Below, in pieces: positions 55,343-64,000 of a stretch of DNA of 64,000 nt. Each line of letters begins with the position of its first letter. Positions within the stretch are counted from its first letter, which is position 1. Below the pieces are notes generated by a model. The model worked only from the letters and a program-made list of their open reading frames with translations. It was not told the DNA's origin and did no database searches. A program made the translations under genes and the position numbers. Source of the stretch: an uncultured virus (IMG/VR IMGVR_UViG_3300033074_002160) (Duplodnaviria > Heunggongvirae > Uroviricota > Caudoviricetes); IMG/VR virus record IMGVR_UViG_3300033074_002160; one strand, given 5' to 3'.

Positions 55343-56409
55343 CACGGCCACCCCCGGAGCAGGCGCGCCCTGGCCGCGGTGGCCTCGCTCGGCATGGGGT
55401 AGCCCAGCGGCGACAGCGTCGCGGCGTCGTCGCGGAGAAGGACACGCGCCTCCGCGTCGAGCGGCAGCCAGTCCTCACCGTGGAAGCTGACGAAGCGCGA
55501 CCCTGCGTGGACGTAGGCCTGCTGATCCTTGTCGAACCACACGGTGCAGCCGGCCGGGCGGGGCGTGGGCGGAGGCGGCGGCGCGGTCTTCGCGAGAGCC
55601 TCGCCCAGGCGAGCGATCTCTTTGCGCCACGCGGTCTCCGCGTTCGCGTAGGTCTCCGCCTCGACCTGCCGCTTCAGGTTCACCTGCTCGAGGCTCGCGA
55701 CGAGGCTCTTGTTCGCCTCGAGCGCCTTGTCGCGCGCGACCTCGGCCTCGTCCCGCGCGATCCGCATCTTGTCGAGCGCCACGCGGTAGTCGAACAGCGC
55801 CTTCTCGATGGCGGCCTGCGTCCCACGCCCGAGGGCATCGTGCTCTTCGACCACACGCTTGTGCGCGTACTCGAGGTTCTCGATCGTCCCACAGAGGTTC
55901 TTGTTCTGCGTCATCAGGGACTCGTTCGCTGCGCGCAGGTTCTTGTTCGCGACGAGCGTCACCTCGGCTTCGCGGAGCGCCGCGTGCATCGCCTCGAGCT
56001 GCCGATGGACCGCCTCCCCGACCGGCACCCACGTCCGTGGATGCGACGTGTCGACGCTGCCCACCCGCTTCACTTGCGCCTCGGCGAGGCTCGCCTTGAG
56101 CGCCTCGATGTCGCCGAGCAGCGCCTCGTAGAGGTCGATGCTCTTGGTGATGCTCGGGTAGGGCATGTACCGCAGGAAGAGCCCCCAGCCGATGGCGAGC
56201 TTGTCGAGATCCTCGGCGGCGTTCTGCACCGCCTCGGGGAGAACGTCAGCGACGGCCTTGCGCAGGTCGTCGGCGATCTTCCGCAGGGTCCCCTGCGCGC
56301 CGTGGACGAGCTGCTCCTTGGTGTGCCCCTGCACGAGGTCGCGGTTGTCCTGCTGCGCTCGGCGCAGGTCTTCGATGTGCCGGCGGACGGTCTCGGTACG
56401 GTTCTTCAT
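55339..56409 (-). CDS. Coiled-coil hypothetical protein (356 aa)
   Basis: ATG 56409 with GAGGAGG SD; long heptad region. Confidence 0.7.
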   Translation of the reverse strand: MKNRTETVRRHIEDLRRAQQDNRDLVQGHTKEQLVHGAQGTLRKIADDLRKAVADVLPEAVQNAAEDLDKLAIGWGLFLRYMPYPSITKSIDLYEALLGDIEALKASLAEAQVKRVGSVDTSHPRTWVPVGEAVHRQLEAMHAALREAEVTLVANKNLRAANESLMTQNKNLCGTIENLEYAHKRVVEEHDALGRGTQAAIEKALFDYRVALDKMRIARDEAEVARDKALEANKSLVASLEQVNLKRQVEAETYANAETAWRKEIARLGEALAKTAPPPPPTPRPAGCTVWFDKDQQAYVHAGSRFVSFHGEDWLPLDAEARVLLRDDAATLSPLGYPMPSEATAARARLLRGWPW

Positions 56410-56446
56410 GTTCCTCCTCGGGGGCGTAGACGGTGCCCGGCCGGGT

Positions 56447-58397
56447 TCATTCACAGAGATCTTCAAGGGCACGCCAGAAGGCGAAGAGCTCGGCGGACTC
56501 CTCCTCGGGGCGCTCCTCGCCGAGGGCGATCTTGGCGAGCCGGAGAACCTCGAGCGCAGCCGCGCGCCGGGCGATGAGAGCCTCCTCGTGGCGCTCGGCA
56601 TCGTGCCGATGTGCGCGATCAAGATCTGCGTAGGCCTCGCGCTCCGCGTCGAGATCGGCCTGAACGCGATCGAGCGCAGAACGCACAGCTGCGTGAACAT
56701 CGCCGATCGCTCTGTCGACGTCCGCGATCATGCGCCCCCGAACAGCCGCGCGACGCCCCAGAAGACGACGGACCACGCGACCCAGCCGAGCAGCGAAGCC
56801 GCGGCGAGGGCTCCGAGGACAGCGAGGACGAAGCAGCCAGAGAAGATCAGCCCACGGCGCTCGCGCGCTCGGTCGTCGGCGTCGAGCGGCTCGGGCGGCC
56901 GGATGGTCGGGGGCCCGGGTTTCACGCCTCGTACTCCTTGCCCACGAGGTGCGTGAACCGCGACGCGAGCCCGGCCTTGAGCTTGCGCTGCTTGATGTCG
57001 TTCGCGATGGCCGCGATCATCGCCACCTCGGACGTCGTCGCGGCGAAGTCGTAGGTGAGCCGCCCGAGCTGCAGATGCACGTCGAGATCGACCCGCGCGA
57101 GGTACTCGCGGAGCTCGGGGTCGAGCTGCACGACCAGGCGGTTCGTGGCGTTGACGCCAGGCTGCGCGGCGATGTGCTCGACCTTGGTGATGATGTACTT
57201 CATGCGTCCTTCCTTCTGAACGGGAACAGGGCCCGGCTCTCGAACACTTCCTCGATGCGCGCCCGGCGGCGCTCGCCCCAGTCGCGGTTCGCCTGCGTCG
57301 TAGGAAGGCGGTCCACCTCTGACCACGCGCGCTCGATGTGACGACGCGCCTCGAAGTCCCGGTTCCCCGAGCTCGGGTAGCCCGGCGGAGGCACCTCGAC
57401 GATGCGCGGTCGAATGACGCGACCCTCGGCGTCGTGATCCTCGTCGTCGAAGAAGACCTCGACGAGGCGGCGCACCGGCAGTCCGAGGCGCGCCTGCTGC
57501 TGGAAGACGAACCCCTCTGTGTCGTTGACAGGCGGCGCTGCCGGAGGGCGCGGCGCCCGGTGCCGCACCATGAACAGGCGCTCCTCGACGCCCTCGGACT
57601 CGAGCCACGTCGGCAGGCCGAGCCACTCGACGAGGCGCCAGTACCGGCGCTGCTTGGGGTGGACGACGCGGCACACCGCGATGTGCGCGGAAAGCAGAGC
57701 GTCCGCATCCTCTTGCGGCATCTTGAGCAGGACGTCGCCGACGGCGCCAGCTCGCGCGAGGCCGAGGAGGAGGTTGACGGCTCTGGCGTTCACCGCTTCG
57801 CCCTCGCGGCGATGTAACGTTCGCGGGCGGCCATGACGGCGTCCGCGTCGCGGTAGATGCCGTCGAGGAAGGTCTGGCGCAGCTCGGTCCCGTTGAACGG
57901 GTCGCGGTGGGTCGCTATGAGCGCCTGCACGAGGTTGTCGACGCGGTACTGCCGATCGTCCTCGGCCATCGCGGCGAGGCGCTCCGCTTCGCCGTCGGCG
58001 AAGGGCTGCAGGAGCCTGATGAGGTCGTCGATGAGCACGCGAGCCCACGAGGACTGCGAGAGGAGCCTCGCCGAGAGCCGCGCGGCGCGCAGGGCCCCGC
58101 TGAGCGTCATGGCGTTCTTGCGGTGCTCGGCGAGCGCGGCGATGATCTCGCGGCCCTCGCCCTCGGAGAAGCCATTGCGGTCGCGCCCGTCGAGGCGCTT
58201 GGTGATCTCGTCGAGGGTCACTTCGCCTCCTCGAGCACCGCCGCAGCGTCGGCGGCATGCCCTGCCATCATCTTCGCCTCGGTGACGAGCCGGGCGAGCG
58301 TGGCGTCGATCTCCTTCAGCCGCCGTCGGAGCAGGTCGATCTGCGCCAGCTTCGCGCCGTAGCGCGTGACCACTTCTCGTGCTTCGTCGGTGGTCAT
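56447..58397 (-). CDS. Six coupled hypothetical genes (56447-56731, 56728-56925 membrane, 56922-57203, 57200-57793, 57790-58221, 58218-58397)
   Basis: Chain of ATGA/GTGA overlaps. Confidence 0.55.
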
Positions 58398-58476
58398 GCG
58401 AGCTCCTTGGCGATCTTGCAGGGGCACCCCTTCAGCCCCTGGGGATCGATCGGCTGTTTCACATCGCGCGCGTCGG

Positions 58477-59358
58477 TCACGCGAGCTCCTTGAGCGCCGC
58501 CGAGAGGCCCTTGATCTTCTTCTCCGAGATCTCCCCGCGCATCCAGCGCAGCGCCAGGAGGAAGCCCTCGGGGAGGTCGGTTCCCTCGGCCGCGATCAGC
58601 TTCTTCACGATGCGCCCCGAGGGTCGCACGACGCGGTCCTCGCCCTCGTCGACGGGCTTGGTGCGCTCCTTGACCTCGCGGGCGGTGGGCTTGACGCCCG
58701 AGGCGAGGATCTCCTCGAGCTTCGCGGCCTGCTCCTCCTTCGGCAGCGCGCCGAGCTGCGCGGCGGCGTGGGCGCTCACGGTGCCGGCCTCGACGGCCTT
58801 CTTCACGGGGGTCGAGAGGCCCGAGAGCAGGGCCCAGTCGCGGATCGTCTGCACCGAGACGCCGAAGATGATCGCGAGCTCGGCGTCGCTCGTGCCGCGG
58901 AGCCGCAGGCGCTCGGCCTTCGCGGCCTTCACGAGCGGGCCGTCGTCGAGGCGCTGCTCGTTCATCGTGACCATGGCCGCGCCGAGGGTCGAGTCCGAGA
59001 CCTTCTTCGCGTTCTCGCCCTGCACCACGAGGGTGATGAGCGCCGGCTCTCCGCTCGCGCCCGAGCGGGCGTGCTCCTCACGCAGGATCTCGTTCGCCAT
59101 GCGTGCCGCCAGGGTGCGGCGGCGGCCGTCGACGACGCAGGGCACGCCGTCGGACACGGTGACCTTCACGATCTGCAGGACGCCGTAGGTGAGGATCGAG
59201 CGCACGAACTCGGGGGTGATCGGGGTCTTGATGCGCTCGTCCCAGAGCGGGTGCTCGGGCCCGTCCTTCGTGTCGATGCCGATGATGCGGACGTCCTCGG
59301 GCTTCATGCGGAACGCGTTGACGCGCCCCTCGTTGTTCTCGATCAGTTCCTTGGCCAT
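58477..59358 (-). CDS. ParB/Srx-like domain protein with HTH
   Basis: SI..YGVLQ.V.V...VVDGRRR..AA, NEQR, ELA..FGVS.QTI. Confidence 0.82.
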   Translation of the reverse strand: MAKELIENNEGRVNAFRMKPEDVRIIGIDTKDGPEHPLWDERIKTPITPEFVRSILTYGVLQIVKVTVSDGVPCVVDGRRRTLAARMANEILREEHARSGASGEPALITLVVQGENAKKVSDSTLGAAMVTMNEQRLDDGPLVKAAKAERLRLRGTSDAELAIIFGVSVQTIRDWALLSGLSTPVKKAVEAGTVSAHAAAQLGALPKEEQAAKLEEILASGVKPTAREVKERTKPVDEGEDRVVRPSGRIVKKLIAAEGTDLPEGFLLALRWMRGEISEKKIKGLSAALKELA

Positions 59359-59368
59359 GTCGTTCCTC

Positions 59369-61557
59369 TCAGAGCTCGAAGTCGTTCGGTTGCAGGTGGT
59401 CGCCGAAGCCCACGTCCTCGGCATCGGGCTCGGCCTCGGCGACGGCGCGCTGCAGGACTCCGAGGCCCTGCGCACCGTCGGTCGGGCACGGCACGAACGA
59501 GCTCTGCTTGCTCTCGTGGACCGTGCGCGGGTCGCGGAAGTAGGCGCCGATCGCCTTCACGTCGTAGACCTCGTCGCCGGTCTCGACGAAGTCGGGCGCG
59601 GGCTTCGGGGCGGGCGGTGCGGGGATCGGCGCCACGGCGTACACCCCGGGCGGGGTGGCGCGGATCTCGGCGCGCACCGAGTCGAGGTCGCGCCTCGCGT
59701 TGATGAGCGTGATGTCGAACGGCGCATCGTCGTCGTTCTTCGCGAGCCCGGCGAGGTAGCCGGCGAGGAAGTCGAGGCCTGCGAGGTGCTCCTTCATGCG
59801 CCCTCCTCGGCGAGCGCCGCGGTCGCCTTCTCGCTGGCGAGCCACTTGAACTGGTCGGGGCTGCGCTCCTTGAGCGTTGCGGCGAACGCGTGCGCCCTGC
59901 TGATGTCGTTGGCGATGACCTCGAGCGCGGCGATGCTGACGTCGAGGGTATCGCCAGCGTTGTCGAGGGCGGGCTCGGGGACGCCGTTCTCGTACTCCGC
60001 GAGGGTCTGCTTGTGCTGCGCGAGCGCGTTCGCGACGAGGCGCAGCGCGGTGGCGTCGTTGATCATCGCGACCTCTGCGTGTTCGTCGGGATGGTCACGG
60101 CCTTGAAGCGCTTCGCGGTCCGCACGGCCGGCGCGACGGGAGCCGGCTTGTCGAGCGCGGGCGCCGTCGCCGGGCGCTTCGACGGGACGTAGCGCCCCTC
60201 GGACGAGATGCGCACCGGGATCGGCCGGCCCTGAGCGTCGATGTGGTGGCGCGGGGAGTAGAGCGTGCGGCCGAAGGTGCGCGCCTCCTCTGCCGGGTGG
60301 GACGCGGCGCCGTTGCGCTCGCGCTCGCCGACCTTGCGGCCGTAGATGACGAACGCGGGAAGGGCGGGGATGCCGCCGGTGCTGTGGATCTTGGTGCTCA
60401 CTTCGGGTCCTTGGTTGCGACGTTGACGATGTTGAACGCGGAGGCGACGATGTTGAGCAGGTGGATGGCCTGCCCCTGGTTCAGATGCCGCATGCGCATG
60501 AGCATGTGGTCGGTCGCGGCCCGCACGTCGTCGATGGTGTCCATGCGGAGCGGGATCAGGGACATGCGGACGCGCTCGGCGAGGTCGCGGTTCTCGCGCT
60601 GCAGCTTGGAGATCTCCTCGTTCCGTACGCCGCAGGCGCTCAGGAGCTGGGCGTTGGTGCAGCGCAGGTCCGCGTTCTGCTTGGTCAGGGACGGCTTCTT
60701 CACGGTTCCTCCTTCGGTGTCTCGACCCCGTTGCCGGGGCATGGATCGGTCGCGTCGCCGAGGTGCAGCTTCGAGCACTCGCGGCAGAGGTAGGTGCCAC
60801 ACGCGGCGCACGCTCCGGCGAGGCGCGGGGAGCCGCAGACGGGACATGCGCTGGGGTCCGTGCCCGAGACGAGCCGGGCGAGGGAGAGGCCGATGGCGAG
60901 GGCGCGCGAGCGGCTCATCGCAGCGCCTCGCGCAGGGCCTCGGCCACCGCGTCCTCGCGCCCGGGCGTGACGTGGACGATGGTCGCGTCGTGGGTGTCCT
61001 CGAAGACGGCTCCGGGGTCGACGGCGCGCACCGCGTTGACGAACTTGAAGTACCCGGTGCGCATCATCTGCTCGGCTTCGCGCTCGATGTCGGCGTAGTT
61101 CACGGTCCCCTCCGTTCCAGGCGCTGCTCGAGCAGCTCGGTCTCGGTCCGCATCTGCTCGACCAGTTCGCGCGACGTCAGGCGAGGCAGGTACGCGCGCC
61201 GGAGCGCGATCTGGTCCTTGAGCGTCTCGCGCGCCGCCTCGAGGGGGATCTCTTCGATGTCGAGGAGCATCAGCAGTCCTCCAGCGGCACGCCGTACTTC
61301 TTCGCCGCCTCGACGAGGCGGTCGTGGATGAGGCGCCGCAGGCTGGCGTTGATGTCCGAGGCGCCGTGGACGTTGGGGGTGTCCACACCAGCAGCCGTCG
61401 GCAGCGACCAGTGCCACTCGCGCAGCACGTTGGTCCAGTGCTTCTGCGGGTTGTGCCGCAGCCAGCGCAGAACGGCGCCGGCCGCCGCGCCCTCGTTGCT
61501 CTTGTCATCGTTGGCCTCGATGGCCGCGAGGATCTTGGAGAGTTGGTATCGCATCAC
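59369..61557 (-). CDS. Eight coupled hypothetical early genes (59369-59797, 59794-60066, 60063-60401, 60398-60703, 60700-60918, 60915-61103, 61100-61270, 61270-61557)
   Basis: Chain of start/stop overlaps with SD motifs. Confidence 0.55.
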
Positions 61558-61832
61558 TCCTCCACTTTCATCTTCAGGTCCAGCGCATGCCAGAAGGAAT
61601 CCCTGTCGCCGAAGAGCTCGCGGCGGCGGACGCGCTTGATCTTCTCAAGCGCCGCGTGCTCGATCTGCCTCACGCGCTCGCGGGTGAGCCCGAGCACCTC
61701 GCCGACCTGCTCGAGCGTCATGCCGTCGGGGTTGGCCTCGACGAGGGCCTGGCAGTCGAGGTCGTGCTCGTACGGCGTCGTGCTGTCGATGCGGATCTGC
61801 CCCGACGAGGGCGCTGGCTGCTTGCGCCTCAT
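61554..61832 (-). CDS. Stand-alone sigma-70 region 4 HTH protein
   Basis: MTLEQVGEVLGLTRERVRQIEHAALEKIK. Confidence 0.88.
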   Translation of the reverse strand: MRRKQPAPSSGQIRIDSTTPYEHDLDCQALVEANPDGMTLEQVGEVLGLTRERVRQIEHAALEKIKRVRRRELFGDRDSFWHALDLKMKVEE

Positions 61833-62458
61833 GGGACGGCCTTCTTGACGAGCGTCTCGACCTCGGAGAGCAGGGCGTCGCGGCACTCGGCCTGTGTCAC
61901 CTCGCGCAGGCTCGTGGTGACCTCGACGATGCGCGGCGTGCCGGGAACCGACCGCAGTTCAGCGACGGCGCGCAGCGCGTCGGGGAGCGTGTACGTCTTC
62001 GCGTTGCGGAGCGGCCCGGCCTCCATCCCGTTGTAGTAGGTCGGCGTGGTGGTCGAGAACTCGATGCAGAAGACGGCGCTCGACCGCGCAGCCGCGGTCT
62101 GCGGGGCGGCCTCGCGGTAGGTGGGCTCGGTCGGCGGGGGAGGAGGCGGGGGAGGAGGCGGCTGGAGCGTGCTCCCCGTGAAGACGGTGAAGCGCACCGA
62201 CCCGATGCGGATCTCGTCGCCGTGGTACAGCTTCGCCTTGCTGACCTTCTTGCCGTTGAGGACGGTGCCGGCGTCGGAGCCGAGGTCGATGATGAAGGCC
62301 TCGCCTTTGACGACCTCGATGACCGAGTGCATGCGGGTGACGCCCTCGCCTTCGAGGCGGAGTTGGCTCGATGCCAGGGAGCCGATCTTGATCGTGCCGC
62401 CGTCGGCCACATCGTGGAGCATGACCCGGCCGCTCGGGAGGCTGAAGGTCAGGTTCAT
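61829..62458 (-). CDS. FHA-domain protein with polyproline linker and small C-domain
   Basis: IKIG...V.RMHS.I...IIDLGS..GT.LNG.KV....L..GDEI.IG. Confidence 0.88.
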   Translation of the reverse strand: MNLTFSLPSGRVMLHDVADGGTIKIGSLASSQLRLEGEGVTRMHSVIEVVKGEAFIIDLGSDAGTVLNGKKVSKAKLYHGDEIRIGSVRFTVFTGSTLQPPPPPPPPPPTEPTYREAAPQTAAARSSAVFCIEFSTTTPTYYNGMEAGPLRNAKTYTLPDALRAVAELRSVPGTPRIVEVTTSLREVTQAECRDALLSEVETLVKKAVP

Positions 62459-62525
62459 GGCGTCTCACCCTTCGGTGCGAGGCCGTACAGGGCTTTCATG
62501 GGTTCCATCAGTCCTCCGAGCGCGG

Positions 62526-62555
62526 AAACTAGACCGCGCGTTGCGTCTCTGTCAA
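62526..62555 (-). promoter_or_regulatory. Sigma70-type early promoter
   Basis: TTGACA-N18-TAGTTT at the head of the leftward early operon, followed by GGAGG and a 17-codon ORF coupled to the FHA gene. Confidence 0.75.
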
Positions 62556-62677
62556 GAATCTTTCGGCCAGTAACCACGGTTATCGGCAAGGTCGGCGTAA
62601 GCGTGAAAAACCCTGTGTTTTCCTGGACTTACGCCACTTTTGGCAGCGGGTTTGGCCGAGGGTTCGCCTGGCGATAT

Positions 62678-62986
62678 TCAGGCCATGAACGAGTGCAGCA
62701 CCCACCCGAGACCCCACGTCAGGGCCATGATGAGGGCGCTCGCGGTCACGATGAACCAGATGCTCTTGTCCTCGCGCGTGTCCTGCTTCGCGCTCAGCGA
62801 GTACGTCACGAAGCGCACGAAGGTCGAGATCCCCGCCGCGTGGGCGATGCCGAGCGTCGGCACGCCGAGCGGCACGACGAACCAGCCCCACAGGTCGCGC
62901 AGGATGAGTGCGTTCAGGACCATGCTGGTGGGCAGCCAGAGGAGCAGGAACAGGATGGCGGTGAGGGGGTCGGTCTCTTTCTTCAC
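62678..62986 (-). CDS. Small multi-pass membrane protein
   Basis: Three hydrophobic segments; AAGGAGA SD. Confidence 0.7.
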   Translation of the reverse strand: MKKETDPLTAILFLLLWLPTSMVLNALILRDLWGWFVVPLGVPTLGIAHAAGISTFVRFVTYSLSAKQDTREDKSIWFIVTASALIMALTWGLGWVLHSFMA

Positions 62987-63173
62987 GGGATCTCCTTGTC
63001 AGTCCACGTCCCTCGAGGGGCTCGCATGGTCGTGTCCGACGGCACCGTCGTCACGTCGAGAGCCTTGGTGGGCTCGACGTGACGCGCCGTACCGCCGAGC
63101 CGGTAGGTGAAGTCGCCGATGGGGACGAGCGCCCCGTCGGCGAGGCGGATGTGCGTGGGCGTCAGGACGCGGG

Positions 63174-63812
63174 TCACGGTGTGCCCCGCAGCGGGCACGT
63201 CGGCGGGGGCGGTGCCGTCGCGTCGACGACCGGCGGCGGTGCTGGTGCCTTCGCGTTCTCGCAGTGCCGGGGGCCGTCCCGACGCGGGACGCTGCACCAG
63301 CCGCAGTCGCCGCACGTCGGGAGCACCGGCAGAGACGCACGGTAGTCGACCTCGCTCGTGGCGCGGGCTCGAAAGCGCCGGCCTAGTGTGTTCACCGCAG
63401 CGGCCACGAGGTACGCGCCGTCGAGCACAGCGGAGGCGCGCTGCTCTTCCGCGAGATCTGCGGCCTCGGCCCACACCTCAGCTCGCACGCGCCGCCTGTA
63501 CGCCTCCGCGGTGGGCGCAGTGTCGGCGACGAGCGCGCCGAGCAGCCCTCGGCACGCCGCCTCTAGCTTGGTCCCGCCGACCTCGAAGGCGACCAGAACC
63601 TCGCGAGCCGCGAGCCGCAGCGCGGCGAGCTGCCCCCTGGCCTCGTTGCGCTCGCGCCGGGCCTCGTCGAGGGCTGCGATGAGCGCCTGCGCGTGGTGCC
63701 GCCCGAGGGTGCCGAGAGAGCTGCCGGGCACGCTCTCTCGGGCGTAGGCCCGCGCGTGGAGCTCGGCAGCCTGCAGCGTCGTGCCGTCGTTTCGGAAGTA
63801 GTGGTGGGTCAT
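63174..63812 (-). CDS. Hypothetical protein, paralogous to 19828-20490, with C-terminal Cys cluster
   Basis: ATG 63812 with GAGGAG SD; shared block; CGDCGWC...C...CPL. Confidence 0.65.
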   Translation of the reverse strand: MTHHYFRNDGTTLQAAELHARAYARESVPGSSLGTLGRHHAQALIAALDEARRERNEARGQLAALRLAAREVLVAFEVGGTKLEAACRGLLGALVADTAPTAEAYRRRVRAEVWAEAADLAEEQRASAVLDGAYLVAAAVNTLGRRFRARATSEVDYRASLPVLPTCGDCGWCSVPRRDGPRHCENAKAPAPPPVVDATAPPPPTCPLRGTP

Positions 63813-64000
63813 GGCGCTCCTCAGTACGGCGGTCCCTCTTTGCCGCACGGGCAGCCGTGCGGGATGTGCTTCGACGCGTGCTCCGCGCGACGCAGGCGCG
63901 CCTTCTCGACGCGCGTCGTGGGCTCGGTGGCCCGAGCGATCCATCGGATCATCTGCCGGACCACCTGCCGCGGTCGCGACGTCCCGGGGACGTGCTGCTC

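Larger units (their letters stand above)
1..64000. mobile_element. Bacterial dsDNA virus genome segment (probably temperate or plasmid-like; possibly tailless with jelly-roll capsid); both ends lie outside the window
   Basis: Dense operons with ATGA/GTGA/TGATG overlaps, phage-type replication, lysis, recombination and DNA-modification genes, dozens of short unknown ORFs, no cellular core genes. Confidence 0.93.

Noticed and set aside
1..64000. tRNA/rRNA genes, reverse transcriptase/DGR, IS transposase, host-prophage boundary
   Set aside because: No cloverleaf, YxDD RT, DDE motif or cellular gene run recognised; a tRNAscan/Infernal run would be needed to exclude small RNAs

Overview
The whole window (about 70% GC by eye, very CG/TCGA-rich) reads as one bacterial dsDNA virus genome segment. 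I see no host housekeeping genes, rRNA/tRNA or prophage junction. Layout: (i) a leftward structural operon of beta-rich and membrane proteins (1-8.2 kb, running off the left edge); (ii) tyrosine recombinase, Met/Gln-rich protein, transglutaminase-like protein and HNH nuclease (8.3-12.6 kb); (iii) small leftward genes ending in a Mom-like DNA modifier (12.5-16.3 kb); (iv) an AT-rich putative origin, then a rightward replication/DNA-metabolism operon: primase-SF3 helicase, MazG-like, metallophosphoesterase, PD-(D/E)XK nuclease, intein-containing SF2 helicase, SSB-like, family A polymerase, split C5 and N4/N6 methyltransferases, RuvC-like resolvase (16.9-35.4 kb); (v) lysis and further structural/membrane genes (35.7-49.1 kb); (vi) a long leftward early operon of small genes including FHA, sigma-70 region 4, ParB-like, Orn, SLOG, XRE and Lar (49-64 kb). 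No terminase, portal, HK97 capsid or tail genes are recognisable. The structural genes instead suggest a large tailless, membrane-containing jelly-roll-type virus, probably of a myxobacterium; this is inference and needs structure prediction. Other notable items: a C5 methyltransferase split over two fully overlapping reading frames, a ~20-repeat membrane-anchored protein with a J-domain-like HPD motif, a recurring TAnnnT-N6/7-ATG leaderless-promoter signature, and an SD-sequestering pseudoknot before the primase. All family assignments come from motif recognition by eye; no searches were run.
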